Below, piece by piece: positions 46,548 to 56,212 of a stretch of 64,000 nt of DNA. The DNA is from Candidatus Eiseniibacteriota bacterium. GTDB lineage: Bacteria; Eisenbacteria; RBG-16-71-46; CAIMUX01; VGJL01. Below the pieces are notes generated by a model. That model had not been told where the DNA came from. It searched no databases and saw nothing but the letters and a program-made list of their open reading frames with translations. Where the stretch lies: contig JBHGAY010000001.1 in assembly GCA_041946735.1 (NCBI GenBank), forward strand, positions 64,001-128,000, in the 5' to 3' direction. The translations under genes and the position numbers were made by a program. Position 1 is the stretch's first letter, and every line of letters begins with the position of its first letter.

Positions 46548-48614
46548 TTGGCGTTCTGGTACCGGTCGCGCGAGGAGTCGGAGGCGGGAGAGCCGGAGGT
46601 CGTGACCGAGGCGGTCGCGGAAGAGCCCCGGTGCCGCTACGACGGGAGCCGCTTCGCTCGCAGCTTCGTCGTGCGCGAGGCGGAGCCGCCCTGCGGCGAG
46701 GCGGGCCGCGCGCGCGAGATCGGCGCTCCGGATCCGGCCGAGGAGCTCTCGGAGCGGCTACTCGCCGCGGCGGCGGCGATGCGGCCGGTCGCCGCGGCGC
46801 TCGAGCGGCTGCAGGCGGCGACGTTCGCGGCGATGCGCGATCGTGGCGCCGTCCGGGCGACGGGACATCTCGACCTGGCGACGATGGTCGAGCGCCACGC
46901 CCCGATGAGCGAGCGGAGCCTCCAGGAGCTGGTGCGGCTGCACCGCGTGCTGGAGAAGTGGCCTGAGCTGGCGCGGGCGTTTGCGGCCGGAGAGATCACC
47001 AAGCACCAGGCGCTGGCGATCGCGCCGATGCTCGAGGCCGAAGGCGCGGACGTTTGCGCCTGGATCGAGCGGGCGAAGGCCTGCGGAGTCCGGGAGCTGA
47101 AGCGGCAGGTGCGGGCCACCCGGCCGGACGTCCCCGATGCCGACCCGGAGGGGCGAACGGTGACGATGTCGGCGCCGCCCGGGGTGTGGCTGCAGTACCG
47201 CGCGTTCGTGGAGACCGGACGGAAGGTGCTCGGCTTCCGGGCTCCGGCATGGCAGATCATCGAGGCGGCTTTGATGGAGTCGGGCTTCGCGGGGAGCGGG
47301 TCGGCGCAAGACGAGCGGCAGGGCTCCCCGCGCGGACGTTTGCGCCACGAACCGGCCGAGGTCGAAGTATCCGGCGTCTGGCTGGAGCGCGCCGAGGCGA
47401 CGATCCGCGAGGTGCGCGAGCACCTCGACGCCGTCCGCGGCCTGATCACACCCGGGATTCCTTGCGATCTCGAAGCGGTGCTGGATCGTGTCGAGCAGAT
47501 CGAACGCCTCCGCCGTCCCCTGCACATTCTCGAGGGAAGGATCCTGAATGCCTTGTGCGGCTGCGGCGCCCTCGAACGCTTCGGCTATCGCGCGATCGGG
47601 GAGCTTGCGCAGGATCGGATGGGGATCTGCGAGAGAACCGCCCACTACCGGATGAACCTCGCGGACATTTGCGGCGATGCTCCGCTCCTCGAGCGCGCGA
47701 TCCTGGACGGCGAGATCGGCGAGACGGCCGCGCGGCTCCTCCGGAGCGTCCGGTCCTCGGCCGTGGACCTGCCGGCCTGGATCGAGCGCGCGAGCCGCAT
47801 CCCGGTCTCCCAGCTCGAGGACGAAATCGAGATCCGGCGGAAGATGCGGCTGGTCGATCCGCTGCTCGTCGGCATCTTCCACGGCCCGTTCCCGCATCCG
47901 GGACTCGAAAAGGCTCTGCATCGCCTGCTTGCCAGGCGAGGACGGCCGGCGCCCGCGGTGGAGGCGTTTCTCCGGAAGAAGGGGATCCCGCTGACCCGCG
48001 AGGGGAACTGGCGCGACCCGGCAGAGCAGCCTTCGATCCTCCGGCGCCTCGAGGCGATGCTCGAGATCCTGCTCGAGAAGGAGTTCGACCTCCTTCCCGA
48101 TCTCGATCCGGCGCAAACGTCCGCGCGCCGGCGGCGCGTCCACGTTCGATTCCGGGCGCCGAACGCCGTCGCCAACGACCTCGAAGCCGCCCTCGCGACG
48201 CTCGACGAGCGCTGGAAGGAGGCGAATCGCCCTCCCGCGCCTCGCTGGCTCTTCTTCTCGCTCTTGATGAAGCATGCGACCGAGGAGTGGCTGCGGGTCG
48301 ATCCGTCCCGCGTGCCCGAGCGCAACGAGATCTACGAGCGCGACGGCTACCAGTGCCAGGCGCCGCACTGCCGGCGCCGCTCGCGGCTCCACAGCCATCA
48401 CATCTGGCCGCTGGGCCTCGGCGGTCCCGACACGCCGTGGAACCAGGTGACCGTCTGCGACGCGCACCACGTGCTGATCCATGCGGGCGTGGTGCACGTT
48501 CGGGGCACGGCGCCGGACGGACTCACCTGGCACATGGGGTGCCGCCCGGGCAGGCCGTCGCTCGAGAGCTTCCGCGGACGCAGGCGGATCGCGCGGCGCG
48601 GGCGGCGGCAGTAG
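46548..48614 (+). CDS. HNH endonuclease with duplicated DUF222-like N-terminal units
   Basis: TTG start with GGAGGAG RBS. C-terminal ERDGYQCQAPHC...HHI....GG.D..WNQVTVC..HH..IH. Two internal units of type G.....E.....SER.......L....P.L..A...GEI...A. Confidence 0.82.
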   Translation: MAFWYRSREESEAGEPEVVTEAVAEEPRCRYDGSRFARSFVVREAEPPCGEAGRAREIGAPDPAEELSERLLAAAAAMRPVAAALERLQAATFAAMRDRGAVRATGHLDLATMVERHAPMSERSLQELVRLHRVLEKWPELARAFAAGEITKHQALAIAPMLEAEGADVCAWIERAKACGVRELKRQVRATRPDVPDADPEGRTVTMSAPPGVWLQYRAFVETGRKVLGFRAPAWQIIEAALMESGFAGSGSAQDERQGSPRGRLRHEPAEVEVSGVWLERAEATIREVREHLDAVRGLITPGIPCDLEAVLDRVEQIERLRRPLHILEGRILNALCGCGALERFGYRAIGELAQDRMGICERTAHYRMNLADICGDAPLLERAILDGEIGETAARLLRSVRSSAVDLPAWIERASRIPVSQLEDEIEIRRKMRLVDPLLVGIFHGPFPHPGLEKALHRLLARRGRPAPAVEAFLRKKGIPLTREGNWRDPAEQPSILRRLEAMLEILLEKEFDLLPDLDPAQTSARRRRVHVRFRAPNAVANDLEAALATLDERWKEANRPPAPRWLFFSLLMKHATEEWLRVDPSRVPERNEIYERDGYQCQAPHCRRRSRLHSHHIWPLGLGGPDTPWNQVTVCDAHHVLIHAGVVHVRGTAPDGLTWHMGCRPGRPSLESFRGRRRIARRGRRQ

Positions 48615-48711
48615 GCCGGCGCCGAGCGCCCGGAAACGATCGAGGCCGCGGTAGAGCGCGCCGGGTCCCTGCTCTCGCGCGCACACCCGCTCGCGCTCTC
48701 GCGAGCGGCCC

Positions 48712-49836
48712 TCAACCTCCCGCCGGCGCCCCTCCCTTCGCCGCCGCCTTCCTGAAGGTGACCCCCAGCGTGCGGATCCTCCGCTCGTCCGCCTCCAGCA
48801 CTTCGAGATGCACGTCCTCGACGTCGAGCTTCTCCCCCGCCTCCGGGATGTGCGTCAGGTGGCTCAGGAACAGCCCGGCCAGCGTCTCGTAGTCGCCTTC
48901 GGGCAGCGCGACGCCGAAGCGCTCCTCGAACTCGTCCAGGCGCAGGGTGGCGTCGACGATCCAGGCGCCGCGCGGGCCCCGCCGCACGCGCAGAGCGGAC
49001 GGCTCGTGCTCCCCCGTCAACCGTCCCACGACGACCTCGAGAAGGTCCTCGACCGTGACCAGCCCGGCCGTCCCGCCGAACTCGTCGATGACGATCGCGG
49101 CATCGAAACCGTCGCGTCGCATCCGCTCGAGAAGGTCGTCGCAGCCCATCGTCTCGGGGACGACGACCGCAGGCTGCGCGAGATCTCCGGCGGTCCGCGC
49201 GCCGATCGGGCGGAGCAGGTCGGAGAGGTCGACGATCCCCACGAGCTGCTCCACGTCCCCCCGGAAGACCGGATAGCGGGAATGCGGGCGCGCCCGCACC
49301 GTCTCGAGCATCTCCGCCTCGCCGGCCGCAGCCGGGAACCAGGCGACGCGGCTGCGCGGGATCATGACCGACTCCACGGTCGTCTGCGTCAGCTCGAGCA
49401 CCTGCTCGAACGCCTCCGCCTGCTCGGGACTGGGGGTCGGCTCGACGCGCCGGAAGAGCGGCGACAGCGCCCAATCCAGCAGCAGCGCCGCCCCGTCGAG
49501 CGGGGCGAGAAGCGGGGCGACCATGCGGCCCCACGCCGGCTTGCGGCGTCCCGCCATCGCCGCGCCGACCCGCACGACGGCGAGAGCGAGCAGGTAGGCG
49601 GCCGTCGCGGCGGGCGGCAGATCGCGCCCGGCGGCGAGCGGAACGGCGCAGGCGAGAAAGAGCGCGAGATGGATCACGATCCCGCGATGAATCGAGCGAA
49701 GCGCCGCCTCCCCTTTGACCGGCGAGATCGGCCGCGGCAGCCGCACCGGCGCGCGCACCGCCACCGACGCGGCCAGGACGAGCAGGATCCCGGCGAGCGG
49801 GAGCAGCACGCCGCCGCCCAGGCTCACGAGGGTCAC
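48712..49836 (-). CDS. Hemolysin/CorC-family CBS + transporter-associated domain membrane protein
   Basis: VMIPR, HSRYPV, VIDEFGGTAGLVTVEDLLE, YETLAG; N-terminal TM segments. Confidence 0.9.
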   Translation of the reverse strand: MTLVSLGGGVLLPLAGILLVLAASVAVRAPVRLPRPISPVKGEAALRSIHRGIVIHLALFLACAVPLAAGRDLPPAATAAYLLALAVVRVGAAMAGRRKPAWGRMVAPLLAPLDGAALLLDWALSPLFRRVEPTPSPEQAEAFEQVLELTQTTVESVMIPRSRVAWFPAAAGEAEMLETVRARPHSRYPVFRGDVEQLVGIVDLSDLLRPIGARTAGDLAQPAVVVPETMGCDDLLERMRRDGFDAAIVIDEFGGTAGLVTVEDLLEVVVGRLTGEHEPSALRVRRGPRGAWIVDATLRLDEFEERFGVALPEGDYETLAGLFLSHLTHIPEAGEKLDVEDVHLEVLEADERRIRTLGVTFRKAAAKGGAPAGG

Positions 49837-50750
49837 CGCGGCTCTCCTCCGTCCCGGCCCGCTCGGCCCGGCTCGCTGCGGCGCGCGCGCGACGGCTCCT
49901 CGGCGGGCGGCGCAGGCGCCAGCCGCTGGCCGGCCGGCGCGGCGGCGCCCCCGCCTTCCCCGACCAGATGGCGGAAGACGTCGGAGCGGCTGACGAGGCC
50001 GGTCGTCCGGCCGTACTCGTCGACGACGATCGCCAGGTGCGTGCGCTGCGAGCGGAAGATCTCGAGCAGCGCGGCGACGGAGCGGTCGCCCGAGACGAAC
50101 AGGGCGCGCCGCATCACGCTCTTCAGCGGGCGGTCGAGCGCCTGCTCCCCCTGGATGCGCAGCGGCGCGATGTCCTTCGCGTGCACCACTCCGAGGATCC
50201 GGTCGAGCGAGCCGTCCGCCATCGGGATCCGGCGGAATCCCGAGGCGACCATCTTCTCGATCGCTCCGCGGATTCCGCGCGCCCGGTCGGCGGTCACCAT
50301 CCTCTCGCGCGCGACGGCAATCGAGGAGACCTTCAGGGAGCTCAGGCCGAGCAGCCGGTCGAGGATCGCCTGCTCTTTGGGCTCGAGCGCGCCGGCGCTC
50401 TCCTCCTCCTCCTCGGCCGTCCGTGCGGCCTGCTCTTCCGGAGAGCTTCGCCCCTCCTCGGAGGGCGGCGCCGTGTGGATCCCGTTCGCCGCCCGCAGGG
50501 CCAGCCGCCGGCGAATCGAGAGGATCCAGAAGAGGCCGGACCAGATGCCGCCGCTCGCGAGCAGCGCCAGCGCGGCGCGCCCGCCCGACTCGTCCAGGAG
50601 CCGCCGGGCGGCGTAGCTGAAGGCGAGGAGGCAGGCGAGGTGCAGCCAGACGCGCAGCGCGCGCCGCGGCCGGGCGGTATGCGCGGTGACGAGCAGCACC
50701 GGGGAGAGGACGGCCGCCGCGATCGCCGGCCCCCAGACGGCCGCGCTCAC
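49833..50750 (-). CDS. CBS-domain membrane protein (CorC/HlyC-like, lacking C-terminal CorC domain)
   Basis: SGFRRIP, ILGVVHAKD, HLAIVVDEYG.T.GLV; GTG overlaps the ybeY stop. Confidence 0.82.
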   Translation of the reverse strand: MSAAVWGPAIAAAVLSPVLLVTAHTARPRRALRVWLHLACLLAFSYAARRLLDESGGRAALALLASGGIWSGLFWILSIRRRLALRAANGIHTAPPSEEGRSSPEEQAARTAEEEEESAGALEPKEQAILDRLLGLSSLKVSSIAVARERMVTADRARGIRGAIEKMVASGFRRIPMADGSLDRILGVVHAKDIAPLRIQGEQALDRPLKSVMRRALFVSGDRSVAALLEIFRSQRTHLAIVVDEYGRTTGLVSRSDVFRHLVGEGGGAAAPAGQRLAPAPPAEEPSRARRSEPGRAGRDGGEPR

Positions 50751-51313
50751 GCCCGGCTCCTCCCGCCGTGCCGCTGCCGCGCCGGGCGCGCGGCTCCTGC
50801 GGGGCGCGATCGCGGCCCCGCCGCGGCCGCCTCTTCCATCACGCAGAGCCCCTGCCGCCGGTACCACGCCATCGCCCGCCGCTCACGCGGCCGCATCCGC
50901 GCCGCCTGTCGCGCCGTCGCGTGGTCGTAGCCGAGCAGGTGGAGAGTCCCGTGGATCAGCATCCGCGCGATCTCGCGATCGAGCGGGATCCGGCGCGCGG
51001 CCGCGGCCCGCTCGCAGACCGGCACGCAGATGATCACGTCGCCCGCGGGGGTCGCCGCCTCCGGCGGCTCGCCCGGAAGCGGTTCGCCAAAGGGGAACGA
51101 AAGCACGTCGGTCGGCCGGTCCTCCCCCATCCAGTCGCGGTTCAGCCTACGGATCGTCCGCTCGCCGACGAACGCGACCTCCACGGGCCGGCGGTCCCCT
51201 TCCTCGTCGAGGACGTGGTCGAGGAGCGCGCGGACGTCGCGAGGCCTAGGACGCGTTCTTCGCTGGCGGTTCGCGATCCCGTGCGGGCGTCGTGGGGGGT
51301 CGCTTGACATCAT
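50747..51313 (-). CDS. ybeY: rRNA maturation RNase YbeY
   Basis: LNR, PTDVLSF, HGTLHLLGYDH. Confidence 0.95.
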   Translation of the reverse strand: MMSSDPPRRPHGIANRQRRTRPRPRDVRALLDHVLDEEGDRRPVEVAFVGERTIRRLNRDWMGEDRPTDVLSFPFGEPLPGEPPEAATPAGDVIICVPVCERAAAARRIPLDREIARMLIHGTLHLLGYDHATARQAARMRPRERRAMAWYRRQGLCVMEEAAAAGPRSRPAGAARPARQRHGGRSRA

Positions 51314-53483
51314 CCTCCGGGGGAAGATAGGCGGTCCTCGCGTGGAAGAACGCCGCGAGCATCGGCACGAACGCGTCGCGGATCTTCGCGAGGTCGCTCA
51401 GGGTCAGGTCGCAGTCGTCGAGATCCCCCTCGGCGAGGCGGGTCTCGAGCACCTTCAGCACGACCCCCTTGATCCGGCTTGCGGTCGGATCGTCGAGGGC
51501 GCGCGAAGCGGCGTCGACCTGATCGGCCAGCATCACGAGCGCCGCCTCGCGGAACTGCGGGCGCGGACCCGGATAGCGATAGTCCTCCTCCCTCGCGTTC
51601 GGGTCCTGGCGGCGCGCCTTGTGCCAGAAGAACGCCATCACCGAGCCTCCATGGTGCTGGCGGATCCCGTCCTGGACGATGTGCGGCAGGCGCTCGCGCA
51701 CCGCGAGGCCCACCCCTTCCCGCACGTGCGACTCGAGGATCAGGCGGCTCATCGATGGCGAGAGCCGGTCGTGCGGGTTCTTCCGGCCGCGAATGTTCTC
51801 GATGAAGTAGTCGGGCTTCGCGACCTTCCCGATGTCGTGGTAGTAGCCGATCACCCGCGCGAGCAGCGGGTTGCCGCCGACGACGCGCGCCGCCGTCTCG
51901 GCGAGGGTCCCGACCATCAGGGAATGATGGTAGGTGCCGGGGGCCTCGACCATGAGCCGGCGCAAGAGCGGCCGGTTCAGGTCGGACAGCTCGAGCAGCG
52001 TGATGTCGGAGCACTTGCGGAAGCCGTGCTCGGCGAGCGGCACGAAGAAGATCGCGAGCCCGGCGGTCAGGACCGGATTGGCGACGGCGGCCAGCGCGTC
52101 GCGCAAGAGCTCCGGCAGCATCGTCCCCTGCGCGAGGGCGAGACCGGCCAGCATCAGCAGGTGCGCCGCCGGGACGTACAGGACGAGCCGGTAGAACTGC
52201 CGGCGGTGGCGCAGCCCGCGCACGCAGAAGACCGAGACGACCGCGCCGGCGCCGAGGACGGCGATCACCGGCAGCGGTAGCTCGCCGACCAGGCCGGCGA
52301 GCCCGGTCAGGCCGAGCGCGGCGACGAGCGCGAGGCGCTCGTCGAAGAGCATCGCGATCAGGATCGGCGCGGCGGCGACCGGGGCCATGAGCGGCGGAAG
52401 ATCGAAGACGTGCAGGAACAGCCCCGAGAGCGCGAGGCTCGATCCGGCGGCGAGCGACAGCAGCATCAGGTCGTTGGGCTTGCGGTAAGTGTCGGGGCGC
52501 AGGAAGCGCAGGTAGGCGCCGAAGATGGCGATCGCGAGCAGCAGGACGAGCATCCGCCCGGCCCAGCGCACGGCGCGCGTTGCGACCGTCTCCGACGAGC
52601 GCCGGGCGCGCCACTGCTCGTAGCTCTCGAGCTTCGCCAGGAGGTCGGGGGTCACGCGCTCGCGCGCCTCAACGATCCTCTCGCCGCGCTGCACGCGCAG
52701 CGCGACCGGATCGATCCCCTCGAGCGCCGCGAGGCGCACCTCTTCGGTCCGCTCCGGATCGTAGAGGAGGTTCGGGCGGGCGAAGCGCGTCACCAGCTCG
52801 GCGAAGTGCGCCGGGTGCAGGCCGCGGGCGAGCGCGCGGTTCTTCGCCATCTCCGCGAGCTTCGCCGGCGTCATCACGTCCTCGAGAGGGACTTCCCGCT
52901 CCCCGCCCCCGTCGTGCACGAGCATGCGCGCCGAGCCGCCGCGCAGCGTCTCGATCCGCGGGTCCGCGATTCCGCGCTCGTAGGCTTCCTGCAGGATCGA
53001 CTCGGTCTGCTCGATCGTCGGCATCGGGTCGGGATCGAGCATCAACCAGACGAGCAGGTCCTGGGACAGATCGACCTCCGGCACCTCGCCGCTCTTGCGC
53101 GAGCCGCCGCGCAACCGCTGGACGACGGAGCGGAACTCCCCGAGATCGCGGAACACGCCGGTCGCGACCGAGGGGTCCTGCGCGAGCGCGATCGGTGAGG
53201 ACTCCGCCTGCTCGCGCCGCTCCTGCTCGATCTGCCCCGGATCCTTCAGCACCGGGAACTCGAACTCCGCGATCACCGTGCGCGGCGCCCGCGCGCCGAC
53301 CTTCAGCTTCGAGAAGCTCTCGAACGCGGGCGGGAAGAGCAGGATCGCGCCGAGCAGCACCGGCAGGACGATCAACGCCCGGTGCAGCAGCGGGCGCGCG
53401 CGCAGCAGGCGCGATGCGGCCGGCGCCAGGGCGCGCAGGCCCGTCGGCCCGCGGGGGTGCGTGTCGGCCGGCGTCTCGCGCAT
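51246..53483 (-). CDS. 7TM-HD (HDIG) phosphohydrolase, PgpH-like
   Basis: Extracellular domain, TM helices, APGTYHHS, YYHDIGK, HHG, YRYPGPRP, LAD; canonical phoH-HD-ybeY context. Confidence 0.93.
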   Translation of the reverse strand: MRETPADTHPRGPTGLRALAPAASRLLRARPLLHRALIVLPVLLGAILLFPPAFESFSKLKVGARAPRTVIAEFEFPVLKDPGQIEQERREQAESSPIALAQDPSVATGVFRDLGEFRSVVQRLRGGSRKSGEVPEVDLSQDLLVWLMLDPDPMPTIEQTESILQEAYERGIADPRIETLRGGSARMLVHDGGGEREVPLEDVMTPAKLAEMAKNRALARGLHPAHFAELVTRFARPNLLYDPERTEEVRLAALEGIDPVALRVQRGERIVEARERVTPDLLAKLESYEQWRARRSSETVATRAVRWAGRMLVLLLAIAIFGAYLRFLRPDTYRKPNDLMLLSLAAGSSLALSGLFLHVFDLPPLMAPVAAAPILIAMLFDERLALVAALGLTGLAGLVGELPLPVIAVLGAGAVVSVFCVRGLRHRRQFYRLVLYVPAAHLLMLAGLALAQGTMLPELLRDALAAVANPVLTAGLAIFFVPLAEHGFRKCSDITLLELSDLNRPLLRRLMVEAPGTYHHSLMVGTLAETAARVVGGNPLLARVIGYYHDIGKVAKPDYFIENIRGRKNPHDRLSPSMSRLILESHVREGVGLAVRERLPHIVQDGIRQHHGGSVMAFFWHKARRQDPNAREEDYRYPGPRPQFREAALVMLADQVDAASRALDDPTASRIKGVVLKVLETRLAEGDLDDCDLTLSDLAKIRDAFVPMLAAFFHARTAYLPPEDDVKRPPTTPARDREPPAKNAS

Positions 53484-54464
53484 CTAGCGCTCCGCCGCCG
53501 GCTCCTGGCCCGCCGCCTCGTGGCGGTCGAAGGCGAGGATGATGTCGCGCACGAGCCGGTGCCGCACGACGTCGCGCTCGGTGAAGTACACGAACCGGAC
53601 CCCGCCGAGCCCGTGCAGGATCTCCTGGATCCGAATCAGCCCGGAGAGCTTCGGGTCGGGAAGGTCGATCTGCGTGATGTCCCCGGTGATCGCCGACTTC
53701 GAGTCGGGGCCGAGACGGGTCAGGAACATCTTCATCTGTCCCAGCGTCGTGTTCTGCGCCTCGTCCAGGATCACGAACGAGCGGCCGAGCGTTCGCCCGC
53801 GCATGTAGGCGAGAGGCGCGATCTCGACGACGCCGAGCTGGATCAGCCTCTGGAGCTTCTCGAAGCTGACCATCTCGTTCAGCGCGTCGTAGAGGGGACG
53901 GAGATACGGGTCGACCTTCTCCTGCAGATCGCCGGGGAGGAACCCCAGGCTCTCCCCCGCCTCCACGGCCGGGCGCGCGAGGACGATGCGGTCGACCGCC
54001 TTCTCGCGCAGCATCCGCACCGCCATCGCCACGGCGAGGTAGGTCTTGCCGGTGCCGGCCGGGCCGATGCCGAAGACGATGTCGTTCGACCGCATCGCCT
54101 CGACGTACTGCGCCTGACCGACCGTCCGCGGGCGGATCACCTTCTTGTCGCCGAAGAGGACGACCGATGCCTCGGGCGCGACGGCGAGATCGCCCCCCTC
54201 GCTCTCGTCCAATGCGCTGAAGACGTAAGCGAGATCCTCCTCGCCGATCACGCCTCCGGCGCGCACCCGCTCGCCGAGGAGCTTCAGGATCTCCAGCGCG
54301 CGGTGGACCGCCCCGTTCTCGCCGCGGACGATCAGCGCGGAGTTGCGCAACAGGATCCGGACGCCGAGACGTCTCTCGAGGGCACGCAGATTCGCGTCCG
54401 CCTGCCCGAGAAGGTGCAGCGGCTCCAGCCCTTCGATCGGAAAGCTCTGGGATTCTTCCGTCAT
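53484..54464 (-). CDS. phoH: PhoH family ATPase
   Basis: GPAGTGKTYLA, RPAVEAGE.LGFLPG, YMRGRT, DEAQN, GDITQIDLP. Confidence 0.96.
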   Translation of the reverse strand: MTEESQSFPIEGLEPLHLLGQADANLRALERRLGVRILLRNSALIVRGENGAVHRALEILKLLGERVRAGGVIGEEDLAYVFSALDESEGGDLAVAPEASVVLFGDKKVIRPRTVGQAQYVEAMRSNDIVFGIGPAGTGKTYLAVAMAVRMLREKAVDRIVLARPAVEAGESLGFLPGDLQEKVDPYLRPLYDALNEMVSFEKLQRLIQLGVVEIAPLAYMRGRTLGRSFVILDEAQNTTLGQMKMFLTRLGPDSKSAITGDITQIDLPDPKLSGLIRIQEILHGLGGVRFVYFTERDVVRHRLVRDIILAFDRHEAAGQEPAAER

Positions 54465-54540
54465 CTCTTCTCTCGGGGCCCCCCCGCGGCCGTTGCCCCG
54501 TCGATCCTTGTCGTTTCGCGCCGTACCGGCCGCCTCCTTC

Positions 54541-55059
54541 TCACTTCGAGGGGATCGTCAGCTTCGTCCCCGGCTTCAGCGGAGTCCGCTCTCCGCCGAT
54601 CTGGTCCTTGTTGACCGCGTAGATGTCTTGCCAGCGGCCCGGATCCCCATAGACCGCGGAGGCGATCGACTGCAGCGTGTCGCCCGCCTTCACGATGTAG
54701 GTCGAGACCGCGCGCCGCGCGAGGCGCAGCTGCCGCACCTCGGTGTCGAGATCCCGCATCTGGCTCGACAGCGAGGAGTTCACGACGCGCAGCGACTCGG
54801 CGAGCGCGGAGACCGAATCGGCCTGCGCGAGCAGCTTCTGCGTCTCGCCGCGATAGGATTCGATCTGCGCGTTGAGCGACTCGCAATAGCGGTCGCGCTG
54901 CTCCGGCGTCAGGCCGCGGATCTCGTCGTTCGTGTAGAAGTCCCCCTTGGAGACGTCGGCCACGCGGGTCGTCGTCGCGTGCGGCGCGCAGCCGGCCGCG
55001 AGGGCGACGAGGAGGAGGAGGGCGAGGACCGGCGCGAGGCGAATCCGGGGCGCGCTCAC
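54541..55059 (-). CDS. LysM-domain lipoprotein with coiled coil
   Basis: Lipobox LAAGC; YIVKAGDTLQSIA...YG....W..IY..N...L.PG..L.IP LysM motif. Confidence 0.88.
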   Translation of the reverse strand: MSAPRIRLAPVLALLLLVALAAGCAPHATTTRVADVSKGDFYTNDEIRGLTPEQRDRYCESLNAQIESYRGETQKLLAQADSVSALAESLRVVNSSLSSQMRDLDTEVRQLRLARRAVSTYIVKAGDTLQSIASAVYGDPGRWQDIYAVNKDQIGGERTPLKPGTKLTIPSK

Positions 55060-55367
55060 TTCGCACCTCCGCTGCCGGAAGCGCCGGAAGCGCCGGAACC
55101 CGATCCGCCGACCTCTTGCTTCAGCTGGTCCCGCTCCTCGGTCAGGCGGGCGATCCGCGCCCGGCTCTGCTCGATCGTGATCTTCCACCGGTCGGCGTCC
55201 TTCTGCTTCTCGGTGAGCTTCGCCTGCGCGTCGTCGCGCACGTCCCGCGCCAGCTCGATCTGAGCCGGGATGATCATGCAGGGCTTCGGGCCCTGCGAGC
55301 AGCCGGCGAGGGCCAGGACGGCGAGGCCGCCCAAGACTCCTCCCCACCGCGCGTATCGTCGCAGCAT
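55056..55367 (-). CDS. Small coiled-coil lipoprotein
   Basis: GAGGAG RBS, lipobox LAGC, heptad-like helix; stop overlaps the next GTG. Confidence 0.75.
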   Translation of the reverse strand: MLRRYARWGGVLGGLAVLALAGCSQGPKPCMIIPAQIELARDVRDDAQAKLTEKQKDADRWKITIEQSRARIARLTEERDQLKQEVGGSGSGASGASGSGGAK

Positions 55368-55413
55368 CCTCTCTCTCCTCCTCGCGGCCCGTGAGCCGGG
55401 CCGCACCGAGATC

Positions 55414-56181
55414 CTAGCTGAACCGAACCTCCGTCACCACGTAGGTGCCTCCCGAACGAGCGTCGCGCGTCAGCTCGATCAAGCCATGACGGGCGGCGTC
55501 CTCGAGCAGCTCGCTGAACGTCCGATACCCGAACGCGCTCTCGCTGAACGTCGGCTTCTTGCGCTTGATGGTGTCCTTGATCATCGAAGACCAGAGGACC
55601 TCCTTGTTCTCGCGCAGGAGAGCCCCGATCGAGTCGAGGAGCAGATGGAACGCCTCCCGCTTCTTCGCGGGGATGTTGTCGTGCGACGCGGGACCGGTGC
55701 GCGGCGTCGCCTGCTGCTGCGTCAGGTCCTCGTAGTAGAGAAACTCGTCGCAGTTCTCGGCGAGAAGGTCGGACGTCGCCTCGCGCAGCCCGAGCCCGAT
55801 CACCTGCTTGTTGTTCTCCTTCAGCTTCGAGACGAGCGGCGAGAAGTCGCTGTCTCCGGAGACCACGACGAACGTGTCGAGATGCTCCTTCGTGTAGCAG
55901 AGGTCGAGCGCGTCGACGACGAGCCGGATGTCGGCCGAGTTCTTGCCGCTCTGCTGCCGGGCCGGCACCTCGATCAGCTCGATCGCCGCCTCGTGCAGAT
56001 CACGGCGGTACTCGGAGTACCGCGTCCAGTCCGCGTACGCCCTCTTGACGATGATCCTTCCCTTCTCGAGCAGGCGCTCGAGAATCATGTTCACATCGAA
56101 GCTCTTCGCCTTCTTTCCCCGAAGGCCGAGAGCGATGTTCTCGAAATCCATGAACAGCGCGATCCGCGCTTCGTCGTTCAT
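55414..56181 (-). CDS. NYN domain protein (LabA/DUF88) with C-terminal OST-HTH/LOTUS domain
   Basis: DFEN, AYADW, GKNSADI, SGDSDF, CDEF, FSESAFGYRTFSELL. Confidence 0.92.
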   Translation of the reverse strand: MNDEARIALFMDFENIALGLRGKKAKSFDVNMILERLLEKGRIIVKRAYADWTRYSEYRRDLHEAAIELIEVPARQQSGKNSADIRLVVDALDLCYTKEHLDTFVVVSGDSDFSPLVSKLKENNKQVIGLGLREATSDLLAENCDEFLYYEDLTQQQATPRTGPASHDNIPAKKREAFHLLLDSIGALLRENKEVLWSSMIKDTIKRKKPTFSESAFGYRTFSELLEDAARHGLIELTRDARSGGTYVVTEVRFS

Positions 56182-56212
56182 TCGATTCGCCTCGTGTCCG
56201 GACCCCTGTCGC

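Noticed and set aside
46548..48614. IscB/Cas9-like RNA-guided nuclease
   Set aside because: No PLMP motif, split RuvC motifs or bridge helix is recognisable, and the 5' UTR is only about 65 nt.
46201..48619. TAGGCCGG repeated at the stop codons of aroF (46201-08) and the HNH gene (48612-19) as a target-site duplication
   Set aside because: Only 8 bp, GC-rich and including the stop codon, with no terminal inverted repeats or transposase. Cannot be supported without an empty-site comparison.
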